A stretch of DNA of 32,000 bases from Sinorhizobium meliloti. Its GTDB lineage: Bacteria > Pseudomonadota > Alphaproteobacteria > Rhizobiales > Rhizobiaceae. Within the stretch, counting starts at the first letter, position 1, and each line of letters opens with the position of its first letter. Shown one piece after another: positions 15,249 to 24,133 of this stretch. The position numbers and the translations under genes are program-made. The stretch is from assembly GCF_017876815.1 (NCBI RefSeq), contig NZ_JAGIOS010000003.1, forward strand, positions 960,001-992,000, read 5' to 3'. The notes under the pieces are model-generated. The model saw only the letters and a program-made list of their open reading frames with translations, had not been told where the DNA came from and made no database searches.

Positions 15249-16291
15249 TGCGCGCGCACTCCTTCTGGCGTGAAGAACATGGATGGTGCCGGCGGCAGCT
15301 GGAAGTGGACCTCGTGGCCCACCGAGAACGATGGCAGGCTGTCGACGATCGCCGTGAGGCGAAGATCGGCACGGATGCCGGTCACCATGACCCGCCCGGC
15401 CATGGGGCTCGCCTCGGCATAGTCGAGCGTCAGGGTTCGGTCCGACGGGCTCTCGGCAAGCGTCAGCTCTTCCGGCCTGAACATGGCCGATCCATTGCGA
15501 CCGGCCAGTGCCGCATCGGCGAGACGGCCGCAATAGGCCCCGTTTACCACGGGCACCAGGTTTGCCGGAGGCGTGCCGACGAAGGTCGCGACGAAAGCGG
15601 TCCGCGGGCGGGCCACCAATTCCCCGGGACTGCCGAACTGCTCGATCCTTCCCGCGTTCATGACCGCGACATGAGTAGCCATGGTCATGGCCTCGACCTG
15701 ATCGTGCGTAACGTAGACCGAAGTCGCCCCCGTCGCGCGATGGACGCGCAACAGCTCCGTCCGCATCTCGACGCGCAATTTCGCATCAAGATTGGAAAGG
15801 GGTTCGTCGAACAGCAGGATGCCCGGCTTCGGTGCGATCATGCGGGCGATCGCCACGCGCTGCTGCTGACCGCCGGAGATTTCGTTGGGATAGCGCGCAG
15901 CAAGTTGGCCGATGCCGAGTAGATCGAGCACCTCCCCGACACGCGAGCAGCGCTTGTCCCTGTCGAGACCGGCCACCTTCAGCGGCCAGTCGATGTTTCC
16001 TGCGACAGTCATATGCGGCCAGAGCGCATATGACTGGAAGACAAGCCCGGCATCGCGCCGGGATGGTTCGATGACCCAGCCTCGCCCACCATCGGAGACC
16101 GTGTTGCCTCCGAAGGTGATGGTGCCGGACGTCGGCGCTTCGAGACCGGCTAGCATGCGCAGTATGGTGGACTTGCCGCAGCCGGATGGTCCGACCAGCA
16201 CCAGAAAAGCGCCTTTCGGGACGGAGAGGCTTACGCCTTGTACGGCTTCATAGCTGCCGAACTGCTTATGAAGGGATTCGATCTGTATCAT
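15245..16291 (-). CDS. ABC transporter ATP-binding protein (FbpC/PotA/UgpC-type with C-terminal regulatory domain)
   Basis: Walker A GPSGCGKS, signature ISGGQQQR, Walker B LLFDEPLSNLD, H-loop VTHDQ. The ATG at 16291 overlaps the permease stop (TAATG). Alternative GTG at 16303. Confidence 0.88.
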   Translation of the reverse strand: MIQIESLHKQFGSYEAVQGVSLSVPKGAFLVLVGPSGCGKSTILRMLAGLEAPTSGTITFGGNTVSDGGRGWVIEPSRRDAGLVFQSYALWPHMTVAGNIDWPLKVAGLDRDKRCSRVGEVLDLLGIGQLAARYPNEISGGQQQRVAIARMIAPKPGILLFDEPLSNLDAKLRVEMRTELLRVHRATGATSVYVTHDQVEAMTMATHVAVMNAGRIEQFGSPGELVARPRTAFVATFVGTPPANLVPVVNGAYCGRLADAALAGRNGSAMFRPEELTLAESPSDRTLTLDYAEASPMAGRVMVTGIRADLRLTAIVDSLPSFSVGHEVHFQLPPAPSMFFTPEGVRAQ

Positions 16292-18033
16292 TATTGCAAC
16301 CACGGCTGTGACTTGGCCTGCAGGCGATTGGCGAAAAGCGTCGCGGCGACGGAGATGACAAGCACGACGACAGTGAGGGCATTGGCAAATTGGGTGAAGC
16401 CGTCCGAGGCATAGCGGTAGGCAAGTACGGACAGCAGCGGCATGGTCGGCGTGAACAGGAACACGACCAGCGACAGATCGCGGACGATCTTGACGAAGAC
16501 AATCAGAGCTCCAGCCGATAGTCCGCGAATGGCAAGCGGCACGGTGATTGCGAAAAGGCGACGCAGGAAGCCGGCGCCGGTCATCCGCGCGCTCTCATCG
16601 AGGTCGCCCGATACCTGCTGGATCACCGCGCGTCCGGTCTGCACGGCAAAGGGCACCAGATAGGCTGTGGCGGCGATGACCAGCAGTAGGAATGTCCCGT
16701 AGAGCGCTGGCAGCGGGCCGATCGGCGCGCCGAGCAACGCGACGTAGGCCGCGCCGAAGGCGATGCCCGGCACGAGCAGCGGCAGGAAACTGATCTGGTT
16801 GATCGCGGCCGACAGAAAGCCGGACCGGAAGCGGGCAAGAACGAAGGCCACCAGTAGCCCCACAAGCGAGGCGGAGAAGGCAACCGTCACTCCAAGGCCG
16901 ACAGTAACGCCAGTAGCCGACAGGATCAGCGGATTGTTCCAGATTCCGGCCTGACCGCGGGCTATCGCCGGATCAGACGCGCCGATCCAGTAGTGCAACG
17001 ACCAGTCAGAAAATAGCGCTGAGGAGGATGGCGCCAGGCTAGAGGCGATGAGAATCACGACCGGAACGACAGTGGTGAGTACGCAAATGGATGCGGCCGC
17101 AACGAACAACGGCAATCGCGCGGTCCCCAGCGCAAAGCGCTTCGACCGACCGCCCTTGCCCGTGATCGTGGCGTAGGATCGGCGCCCCGAAATGACCCGG
17201 TTGCCAGCCCATAGGAAGAACGCCGAGACGAGGATGAGCAGAATTGCCAGCACATAGCCGCGCTCCGCTTGACCGATTTCGATCATGCCGTAGAGGCGAG
17301 TGGCGAGAGTCTGCATGCGAACCGGCAATCCAAGCAGTGCCGGCGCCGCGAAATTGGAGACTGCCCCGGCAAATGTGAGCGAGGCCCCGGCGACCAGCGC
17401 GGGAAGTGCCACCGGCAGTACGATACCGAGAAAGATGCGGCGCCGTCCGGCGCCCGTCATCTGCGCAGCCTCCACCAGGTCGGAATTCACCGTGGCGAGG
17501 GCTGCTGCGATGACGGTAAAGGCAAGAGAATAGTAGTGCGCCATGAGAACGACCAGCGTCGGCACCATGCCCCAGGCAAGCCAATCGGGCACAGAAAATC
17601 CAAGCCCCTCAAGGAAACCAATCTGGCCTCCCACGCGGGCATTGCGAAACAACGAACCCCAAGCGAGCGCAGTTGCGAAACTGGGAATCATGAAGGGCAG
17701 CGTTGCCAGAAGGCCAATCGTGCGTCGGAACGGCACGTCCGTCATGACCACGAGCCAGGCGAGAAAGCCGCCGACGAGCACACAGCCAGTGGCGACACCC
17801 GCGCCGAGGATCATTGTATTAGCAAGCGGTAGCCAGAAGAGGTTTCGTGACAGATTGCTTGCAAGCACGTCGGACCAGGCGGACCACGCACCGGGTGCAA
17901 GCGTGGCGCCGAAGACCTTCAATAGCGGAGCGGCGACGAGTGCAGTCAGCAGCACCAGCACGGCCGCCTTCAGCCCCAGGCCGGGGCTGAGGAACGCGTC
18001 CTTGAACGAGCGATTTCGAGACTGAGTAGACAT
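16291..18033 (-). CDS. Fused two-domain ABC permease (FbpB/AfuB/ThiP-like)
   Basis: Trimmed to the ATG at 18033 (MSTQSRNRSFKDAFLSPGLGLKAAVLVLL...), giving about 580 aa. Two repeated six-TM permease halves, each with an EAA-like loop (VEAAQMTGAGRRRIF and DESARMTGAGFLRRLF). Confidence 0.85.
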   Translation of the reverse strand: MSTQSRNRSFKDAFLSPGLGLKAAVLVLLTALVAAPLLKVFGATLAPGAWSAWSDVLASNLSRNLFWLPLANTMILGAGVATGCVLVGGFLAWLVVMTDVPFRRTIGLLATLPFMIPSFATALAWGSLFRNARVGGQIGFLEGLGFSVPDWLAWGMVPTLVVLMAHYYSLAFTVIAAALATVNSDLVEAAQMTGAGRRRIFLGIVLPVALPALVAGASLTFAGAVSNFAAPALLGLPVRMQTLATRLYGMIEIGQAERGYVLAILLILVSAFFLWAGNRVISGRRSYATITGKGGRSKRFALGTARLPLFVAAASICVLTTVVPVVILIASSLAPSSSALFSDWSLHYWIGASDPAIARGQAGIWNNPLILSATGVTVGLGVTVAFSASLVGLLVAFVLARFRSGFLSAAINQISFLPLLVPGIAFGAAYVALLGAPIGPLPALYGTFLLLVIAATAYLVPFAVQTGRAVIQQVSGDLDESARMTGAGFLRRLFAITVPLAIRGLSAGALIVFVKIVRDLSLVVFLFTPTMPLLSVLAYRYASDGFTQFANALTVVVLVISVAATLFANRLQAKSQPWLQ

Positions 18034-18089
18034 CAAAATATCCGATAGCGCGGATGCGCCGCGGCCCGAGGGCGACGGCGGCACGCGGA

Positions 18090-19205
18090 TCATTGCAACT
18101 GGAGAACGAGGTCACCGACGGACTTGCGGATCGTGGCCGTCGCGGCCGGGTCAACCCGCCAGGCCTTGAAGTCCGCCAGCGGGATCGCATCCGGGTGGCC
18201 CTTGATGTCGCTGCGCGTTGGCCAGTCACCCGCCACGTAGAACGGAGCATAGCCCGGTCCGCCAGTCTCGCTGTCATCACCCATCAGGAAGTCGATAGCG
18301 AGGCGTGATGCCGCCGGGTTCTTTGTGTCAGCGGTAAGCGCCAGCAGAGCCGGGAATACGATCCCGTTGGAAGGAACGACATCGTTTACGACCTGCAGCG
18401 CCCACCCCTCGTCCTCATTGTCGCGTCGGTCGGAATAGCTGGTGAAGCCGACGGGCGGCTGATCCTGACCGAGTTTACCAACCGCCGCATTCACATCGTC
18501 CGTCGAGGCGAGCAGAACCAGATCATTCTCGAAAAGATCTACGATGAACTGGTGCCCGGCTGTTTCCACGCCGTCATCCAGTTCGATCGGTTTGCGGAAT
18601 AGCGCTTCGTACGCCTTAGCCATCTCGTCGGACCTCAGGACGAACTCCGTCATCAGGTCCAGATAATCACCACGCTGAAGCGGATCGACCATCAGCACCT
18701 TGCCCTTCCACTCCGGCGTCGTGAGATCCCAGAGGTTCTTGATCGGAGCGCCGTTGGGATAGGCAGCTTCGTTATACATCAGGACCTTGGTCGAAAGGCG
18801 TTGGGCCAGGAGCGGAGACTTGAACGCCGTGTCGAGCTTGTCGGCAATGCGGGGCGGTACATAGTTCTTGAGCAAACCCGTTTCCAAGAGATCGCTGAGC
18901 ACCACCGGAGCGTCGGAAACATAGACAACATCCGCATTGGTGATGCCGGCTGCGGCCTCCGTGCGCAGGCGCGTGATCATTTCTGTCGAGGACATATCAA
19001 ACCCGATCAGATCGATGCCCGGATACGCTTCCTCGAATGCCTTTTCCACTCGCGCGATACGGCTGGTGAAGGAATAGACCGTCACCTTGCCTTCCTTCTG
19101 CGCCAAAGTCAGCAGCGCTTCCGGCGAAAGCGTATCAACGTCTTGCGCCATTGCCGGCGCGGCAAGTGCGACCAGAACAGCGCCAATCATCATCATGCGT
19201 TTCAT
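18090..19205 (-). CDS. ABC substrate-binding protein, family 1 (FbpA/AfuA-like)
   Basis: 371 aa with signal peptide MKRMMMIGAVLVALAAPAMAQ. Size and operon partners are typical of the ferric/thiamine/sugar-phosphate binding-protein class. Confidence 0.8.
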   Translation of the reverse strand: MKRMMMIGAVLVALAAPAMAQDVDTLSPEALLTLAQKEGKVTVYSFTSRIARVEKAFEEAYPGIDLIGFDMSSTEMITRLRTEAAAGITNADVVYVSDAPVVLSDLLETGLLKNYVPPRIADKLDTAFKSPLLAQRLSTKVLMYNEAAYPNGAPIKNLWDLTTPEWKGKVLMVDPLQRGDYLDLMTEFVLRSDEMAKAYEALFRKPIELDDGVETAGHQFIVDLFENDLVLLASTDDVNAAVGKLGQDQPPVGFTSYSDRRDNEDEGWALQVVNDVVPSNGIVFPALLALTADTKNPAASRLAIDFLMGDDSETGGPGYAPFYVAGDWPTRSDIKGHPDAIPLADFKAWRVDPAATATIRKSVGDLVLQLQ

Positions 19206-19307
19206 CGTGCTTCCTCCCCAATGGTGGCGGACTTCGCCACCGAATATGCATTTCTTTTTGCACCACTAGCGCGGGACGCAAGTATTCTTGCAGTCTCCAA
19301 GCATGCC

Positions 19308-19332
19308 AAAACGGCGCCACCCCCTTCGGCGC
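19308..19332 (-). terminator. Rho-independent terminator after the RpiR-family gene
   Basis: Minus strand: TGA stop immediately followed by GCGCC-GAAGGGGGT-GGCGC, then CGTTTTGG. Confidence 0.5.
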
Positions 19333-20175
19333 TCAGCGTCCCTCAAGTTCCCCGATCAGTTCTCCCAATTGTTCCAGGTTGCTCAATGAGCGCACCTCGT
19401 CGGATTGTGCCATGCTGAGAATGAGCCCGTTACAAATCGCCATGGGCACCGTCAGCGTCTGGAATGCATCGGCGTCGCCAGCGCGCGGCGCAGCAAGCAG
19501 GTGATCGGCCTTCGGCGATAAGGAAGGTCCCACCGTTCCAGAGACGACGACACTAACGGCGCCAACCTTTCCTGCTCGCTCGATCAGCGGCGCATAAGCA
19601 CGCGGCTGACGGCGAAACGCAAAGACGAGCAGCGCATCATCCGGCCCCATGGACAGGATCTGCTCAGCGATATCGCGGCTATCACCGCAAACCAGCACAG
19701 TTTCGAACGCCATTCGGCGCAGACGCCGGTTCATCAGAACGGCCAGTGTTTCCGCATTTCCGCGCGCAAAGATGAAAATCCTTCTGCGGTCGCTCAAGGC
19801 GGCAGCAGCGGCAGCGAGGCGCTCCTCGTCGACATAGCTCGACAGTCGGGTCAAGGCCTCGATTTCCTGCTGGACGAGCATTTCCAGCATGCCATGGCCA
19901 CGGGACGTTTCCAGCGTACGCCGCACGCGCAACGCCGGATCGGTCTTCACGATGAACTCATCCCGGATTGCGTGTCGAAACCCGGCATAGGTTTCGAAAC
20001 CGAGCTTGCGCGCAAGTCGGGATGCCGTCGCCTCATGCACTCCGGTACGCCGCGCCAATTCCCCGGCCGTCCCTAGCGCCACATCGCGCGGCTTGGCGAT
20101 GATCTCCTTGACGAGACGGCGTTCAGCAGGCGTCAGCGTATCGGCAATAGTTTGCACACGTTCGGCAATGAGCAT
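19333..20175 (-). CDS. MurR/RpiR-family transcriptional regulator (HTH + SIS phosphosugar-binding domain)
   Basis: N-terminal HTH LTPAERRLVKEIIAKPRDVALGTAGELARRTGVHEATASRLARKLGFETYAGFRHAIR and a C-terminal SIS-like region (RRRIFIFARGNAETLAVLM...). Confidence 0.85.
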   Translation of the reverse strand: MLIAERVQTIADTLTPAERRLVKEIIAKPRDVALGTAGELARRTGVHEATASRLARKLGFETYAGFRHAIRDEFIVKTDPALRVRRTLETSRGHGMLEMLVQQEIEALTRLSSYVDEERLAAAAAALSDRRRIFIFARGNAETLAVLMNRRLRRMAFETVLVCGDSRDIAEQILSMGPDDALLVFAFRRQPRAYAPLIERAGKVGAVSVVVSGTVGPSLSPKADHLLAAPRAGDADAFQTLTVPMAICNGLILSMAQSDEVRSLSNLEQLGELIGELEGR

Positions 20176-20435
20176 CGGTTCCTCTCCCTACCGCCAGCTA
20201 TACATTCCGCATGCAGAATTGCAAGATGTAAAATGAACGCAAGTCGGCTTGCATAAATCAAACGCCAACTTCGCTCACGATTGATTTCTCGCCTGACACG
20301 TCTGCCTAAATCTTCCCTCAAAAAGCTACGACATATTTTGACGAGCCGTGGCCCCGCCTTCTCGGCCACCTTCATGGCATAGGCTCTTCGCAAGCGATCA
20401 CGCGGGCGCATTTGAACGGCTTGGGTTTGGCAGCT

Positions 20436-20460
20436 CTTTGGAGCCGCTGCGGCTCCAAAG
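20436..20460 (-). terminator. Strong hairpin downstream of the sugar-acid operon (possible terminator, no U-tract)
   Basis: Perfect 11-bp stem CTTTGGAGCCG (20436-20446) / CGGCTCCAAAG (20450-20460) with a 3-nt loop, 74 nt downstream of the EthD-like stop. Confidence 0.35.
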
Positions 20461-20533
20461 CCGGACGTCTTGGAACCCTACGCCGTCGATCCATAAGCCA
20501 GGAAGGACGGCTTCCCAAATACTCGTGATGACA

Positions 20534-20866
20534 TCACAGCTTGAATTCGCTGGCGGACATCACGTGGTGGTGGATTCGACCCTCGAAGAATTCGGCAAGG
20601 ACGGCCTCGGTCGCCGCACGGGCCTCGGCGCGCACGGGGCTTGCGAGAGCTTCTTCCACGGCTTCGAGGTCGGGATAGTTGATGGCGAGGATCATGGATA
20701 GTTCCGGGGCCCCCTCGTCGCGGCTTTCGGCAAACGAGATGCGCACGTCGGTGGCGTGCGGAAACTGTTTCCATTTCGGCAGGATACGTTCGATGACGGC
20801 CTTGCGGAAGGCTTCGGTATGGCCGTCCTTCACTTTGCCCTCGAACAGTGCGTACCGCGTAATCAT
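20534..20866 (-). CDS. EthD-like / dimeric alpha-beta-barrel family protein
   Basis: 110 aa (MITRYALFEGKVKDGHTEAFRKAVIERILPKWKQFP...). The start overlaps the upstream stop (ATGA). The family call is by resemblance only. Confidence 0.55.
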   Translation of the reverse strand: MITRYALFEGKVKDGHTEAFRKAVIERILPKWKQFPHATDVRISFAESRDEGAPELSMILAINYPDLEAVEEALASPVRAEARAATEAVLAEFFEGRIHHHVMSASEFKL

Positions 20867-21750
20867 TTGAAGTTCTCCTTATTCGGTCCACGAAAAAATT
20901 CCATCAGCGCCGCCTGATCCTCGCCGCCCAGCCCGGCAGCCGTCAGCATTCGGTGGATCTCGGCACAGGCGGCGGTCAGTGGCATGGCGGTGTTGGTGCG
21001 GCGCGCGAGGTCCTGCGCGCCGGCAAGGTCCTTCACCATGTTGTCGATCCGCCCGGTGTGGCGGTAATCCTTCGTCACGAAACGCGGCATGTATTCCTGC
21101 AGGATCGCACTGTCGGCCCTCCCGCCCATTAGCGCCTGCGGGATCTTTGACGCGTCGACGCCCGCATCTAGCGCGAGCTGGGTGGCTTCCGCGACAGCGA
21201 GGAAGCCGAGGCCGCAGAGTACCTGGTTGATCAGCTTGGTCGTCTGACCCGCACCGACCGATCCCATATGGGTGTAATTGCTGGCGACATGCCTGAGGAC
21301 GGCATGCGCATCCTTCACATCCTGCGCCGTGCCGCCAGCCATCAGCGTCAGTTCGCCGATCAAGGCCTTGGGCGCGCCGCCGGAAAGCGGGCTGTCCACC
21401 CACCGCAGGCCCTTCTCGGCCGCGTCCGCCGCCAGTTGCTTGGTCGCGTTCGGGTCTATCGACGACATGTCGATGATCAGTGTGCCCGCCTGCGCGCCGG
21501 CCGCCACACCCGCGTCACCGAAGACGGCCTGGCGCACGATGGCGGGGGCGTTGAGGCTGAGTATGACGTAGTCGCTGAAGGCGGCGGCCTCCGCGGCCGA
21601 CGGGGCGGCAAAGGCGCCTTTGTCCACCAGTGCCTGCACCTTATCCGGACCGGGATCGAAGACGGTCAGACGATTGCCGGTCTCCACCAGCCGCGCGCCA
21701 ATACTGCCACCCATGGCGCCCGCGCCAATCAGCGCAACCCTGTTGGTCAT
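20863..21750 (-). CDS. NAD(P)-dependent oxidoreductase, 3-hydroxyisobutyrate/tartronate-semialdehyde reductase family
   Basis: N-terminal Rossmann motif VALIGAGAMGGSIGARL, about 295 aa, and a typical HIBADH C-terminal helical domain. ATGA overlap with the gluconokinase stop. Confidence 0.85.
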   Translation of the reverse strand: MTNRVALIGAGAMGGSIGARLVETGNRLTVFDPGPDKVQALVDKGAFAAPSAAEAAAFSDYVILSLNAPAIVRQAVFGDAGVAAGAQAGTLIIDMSSIDPNATKQLAADAAEKGLRWVDSPLSGGAPKALIGELTLMAGGTAQDVKDAHAVLRHVASNYTHMGSVGAGQTTKLINQVLCGLGFLAVAEATQLALDAGVDASKIPQALMGGRADSAILQEYMPRFVTKDYRHTGRIDNMVKDLAGAQDLARRTNTAMPLTAACAEIHRMLTAAGLGGEDQAALMEFFRGPNKENFK

Positions 21751-22265
21751 GATGGGGTCTCCTCCAGTTTTACGGCGATTTCGTCGACGAGCACCTCAAG
21801 CGGCTGGTCGATATCGACGGTTATGACGTTTTCGTCTGTCGTTGGGGGTTCGAGGGCTGCGAACTGGCTCTCGATGAGGCTCACGGGCATGAAGTGGCCG
21901 GCGCGCGCGCCCATGCGGGCGGTGATGAGGACCTTCGTGCCGGAGAGGTGGACGAAGGTGACGGGCGCCCCCGCTTCGTTGCGGATATGGTCACGGTAAC
22001 GACGCTTCAGCGCCGAGCAGCCGATGATCAGAACGCCGTCAGGGGCCGCGAGCCTTCGTCCGACGAGGGTGAGCCAGGGCCAGCGATCGTCGTCGGTGAG
22101 CGGTTCGCCGCGGCTCATCCTGGCGATGTTTTCCGGCGGGTGCAGGTCGTCGCCGTCGACATAGGTCGCGCCGAGACGGGTGGCGAGCGCGGCACCGATC
22201 GCCGACTTGCCGCAGCCGGCGACGCCCATCAGGACGATTCCCCGTCGAGCGGAATGAGGGGCCAT
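21747..22265 (-). CDS. gntK: Gluconokinase
   Basis: Trimmed to the ATG at 22265 (MAPHSARRGIVLMGVAGCGKSAIGAALATRLGATYVDGDDLHPPENIARMSRGEPLTDDDRWPWL...). P-loop GCGKS plus the conserved GntK/IdnK motifs DGDDLHP and DDDRWPWL. Confidence 0.88.
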   Translation of the reverse strand: MAPHSARRGIVLMGVAGCGKSAIGAALATRLGATYVDGDDLHPPENIARMSRGEPLTDDDRWPWLTLVGRRLAAPDGVLIIGCSALKRRYRDHIRNEAGAPVTFVHLSGTKVLITARMGARAGHFMPVSLIESQFAALEPPTTDENVITVDIDQPLEVLVDEIAVKLEETPS

Positions 22266-22266
22266 C

Positions 22267-23022
22267 TCAGAGCGAGGCCGTGATGCCGCCGTCGACATAG
22301 AGCACGTGTCCGTTGACGAAGGAGGAGGCGTCCGAGGACAGGAAGATGCAGGCCCCGACCAGTTCCTCCACTTTGCCCCATCGGCCGGCTGGCGTGCGCC
22401 TTTCGAGCCAGTCGGAAAAGCTCGGGTCGGCGACAAGCGCAGCATTCAGCGGCGTGTCGAAATAGCCGGGCGCGATCGCGTTGCATTGCAGGCCGTATCT
22501 CGCCCAGTCGGTCGCCATGCCCTTGGTCAGGTTGCCGACGGCACCCTTGGTGGCGGTATAGGGCGCGATGCCGGGGCGGGCGAGCGCCGTCTGGACGCTG
22601 GCGATGTTGATGATTTTGCCCGCGCCGCGCTTGATCATGTGGCGGGCGACCGCCTGGCCGACATTGAAGACACTGGAGACATTCGTCTTCAGGAGTCGCT
22701 CGAAGGCGTCGGCGGGAAAATCCTCCAGCGGCGTGCGGTGCTGCATGCCGGCATTGTTGACGAGGATGTCGATCGCGCCGACGTCCGCCTCGAAGGCGTC
22801 GACGGCCTTGCGCACAGCCTGGTGGTCGGTGGCGTCGAAGGCGAGCGTGTGCCCTGCCCCGAGGTCTCTTGCGGCGGCCGCGAGCTTGGCGGCGTCGCGG
22901 CCGTTCAGGATGATCTCGGCGCCGGTCGCGGCAAGACCCTTGGCCAGCGCGTAGCCGATGCCCTGCGAGGAGCCGGTGACGAGGGCGCGCTTGCCCGTCA
23001 GGTCGAAGAGTTCGGTGCTCAT
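22267..23022 (-). CDS. idnO: SDR-family gluconate 5-dehydrogenase / 5-keto-D-gluconate 5-reductase
   Basis: Trimmed to the ATG at 23022 (MSTELFDLTGKRALVTGSSQGIGYALAKGLA...). Has TGxxxGIG, NNAG and YxxxK (YTATKGAV). Assigned from context next to the idnD-like and gntK genes. Confidence 0.8.
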   Translation of the reverse strand: MSTELFDLTGKRALVTGSSQGIGYALAKGLAATGAEIILNGRDAAKLAAAARDLGAGHTLAFDATDHQAVRKAVDAFEADVGAIDILVNNAGMQHRTPLEDFPADAFERLLKTNVSSVFNVGQAVARHMIKRGAGKIINIASVQTALARPGIAPYTATKGAVGNLTKGMATDWARYGLQCNAIAPGYFDTPLNAALVADPSFSDWLERRTPAGRWGKVEELVGACIFLSSDASSFVNGHVLYVDGGITASL

Positions 23023-23091
23023 AGTGATGTCTCTTTGTTCTCGCAATTGCGGACGGAAAGCCGCTTCACACTTTTCCTGCGATCGCTTTAG

Positions 23092-24123
23092 CTAGGCAAA
23101 GGCGATCTGCGTCTTCATCGATTGCCCCTTGTCCGAGGCGATCTCGAAGGCTTTCAGCGCCTCGCCAAGCGGCAGCGTGTGGGTGATCAGCGGCTTGACG
23201 TCGATCAGGCCGCCCTGCATCAGCTTCACCGCAGTCGCGAATTCCTCATGGAAGCGGAAGGAGCCGCGCAGGTCGAGTTCCTTGGCGGTGATCGCCATCA
23301 TCGGCAGGGCCATGTCGCCGCCAAGACCGAGCTGGACGATGACGCCGCGCGGGCGCAGTGCCTGGATGCCGGCTACCAGCGCGGGCTGCGCCCCCGAGCA
23401 CTCGTAAAGCACGTCGAAAGTGCCCTTGTTCTCGCTAAAGGGAACAAGACCGTCGCGGTCTTCCGACAGATTGACCGTGCGGTCAGCACCGACGGCACGG
23501 GCAAAGCCGAGCGCGCGTTCGGAAAGATCGGCGGCGACGATCTCGGCGGCGCCCGCCCTTCGGGCGGCGAGGATCGACAGCGTGCCGATCGGCCCGCAGC
23601 CGGTGACGAGGACGCGCTTGCCCAGCATCTCGCCGGCGCGCCGCGTGGCGTGCAGCGTCACGGAGAGCGGCTCCGCCATCGCCGCCTCGCCGGCCGAAAG
23701 CCCTTCGGCCTTCACGCACTGGCTGGCCTTGGCGACGAGCCGCTCGCGAAAGGCGCCCTGGATATGCGGGAACGGCATGGCCGAGCCGTAGAAGCGCATG
23801 TGGAAGCAATGGTTGGGCAGGCCTTTGAGGCAGTAGTCGCAGGCGCCGCAGGGCCGCGAGGGCGAGACCGCGACGAGATCGCCGATGGCAAGGTCCGATA
23901 CGCCTTCGCCGAGCGCCGCGACATGACCGGAGACCTCATGGCCGAGGATCATCGGCTCCTTGAGGCGCACCGTGCCGAAGCCGCCGTGGTTGTAATAGTG
24001 CAGATCCGAGCCGCAGATGCCACCGGCCGCAAGGCGGATCTCCACCTCGCCGGGGCCGGGCTTTTCCACCGCACACTCTTCGACGCGCAAGTCCTTGGCC
24101 GTATGGATGACGATCGCCTTCAT
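23092..24123 (-). CDS. idnD: Zinc-dependent L-idonate 5-dehydrogenase-like alcohol dehydrogenase
   Basis: Trimmed to the ATG at 24123 (MKAIVIHTAKDLRVEECAVEKPGPGEVEIRLAAGGICGSDLHYYNHGGFG...). Has the GICGSDLH zinc motif, structural-zinc cysteines CGACDYC, and the NAD motif VTGCGPIG. Confidence 0.8.
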   Translation of the reverse strand: MKAIVIHTAKDLRVEECAVEKPGPGEVEIRLAAGGICGSDLHYYNHGGFGTVRLKEPMILGHEVSGHVAALGEGVSDLAIGDLVAVSPSRPCGACDYCLKGLPNHCFHMRFYGSAMPFPHIQGAFRERLVAKASQCVKAEGLSAGEAAMAEPLSVTLHATRRAGEMLGKRVLVTGCGPIGTLSILAARRAGAAEIVAADLSERALGFARAVGADRTVNLSEDRDGLVPFSENKGTFDVLYECSGAQPALVAGIQALRPRGVIVQLGLGGDMALPMMAITAKELDLRGSFRFHEEFATAVKLMQGGLIDVKPLITHTLPLGEALKAFEIASDKGQSMKTQIAFA

Positions 24124-24133
24124 GGCCTCTTCC

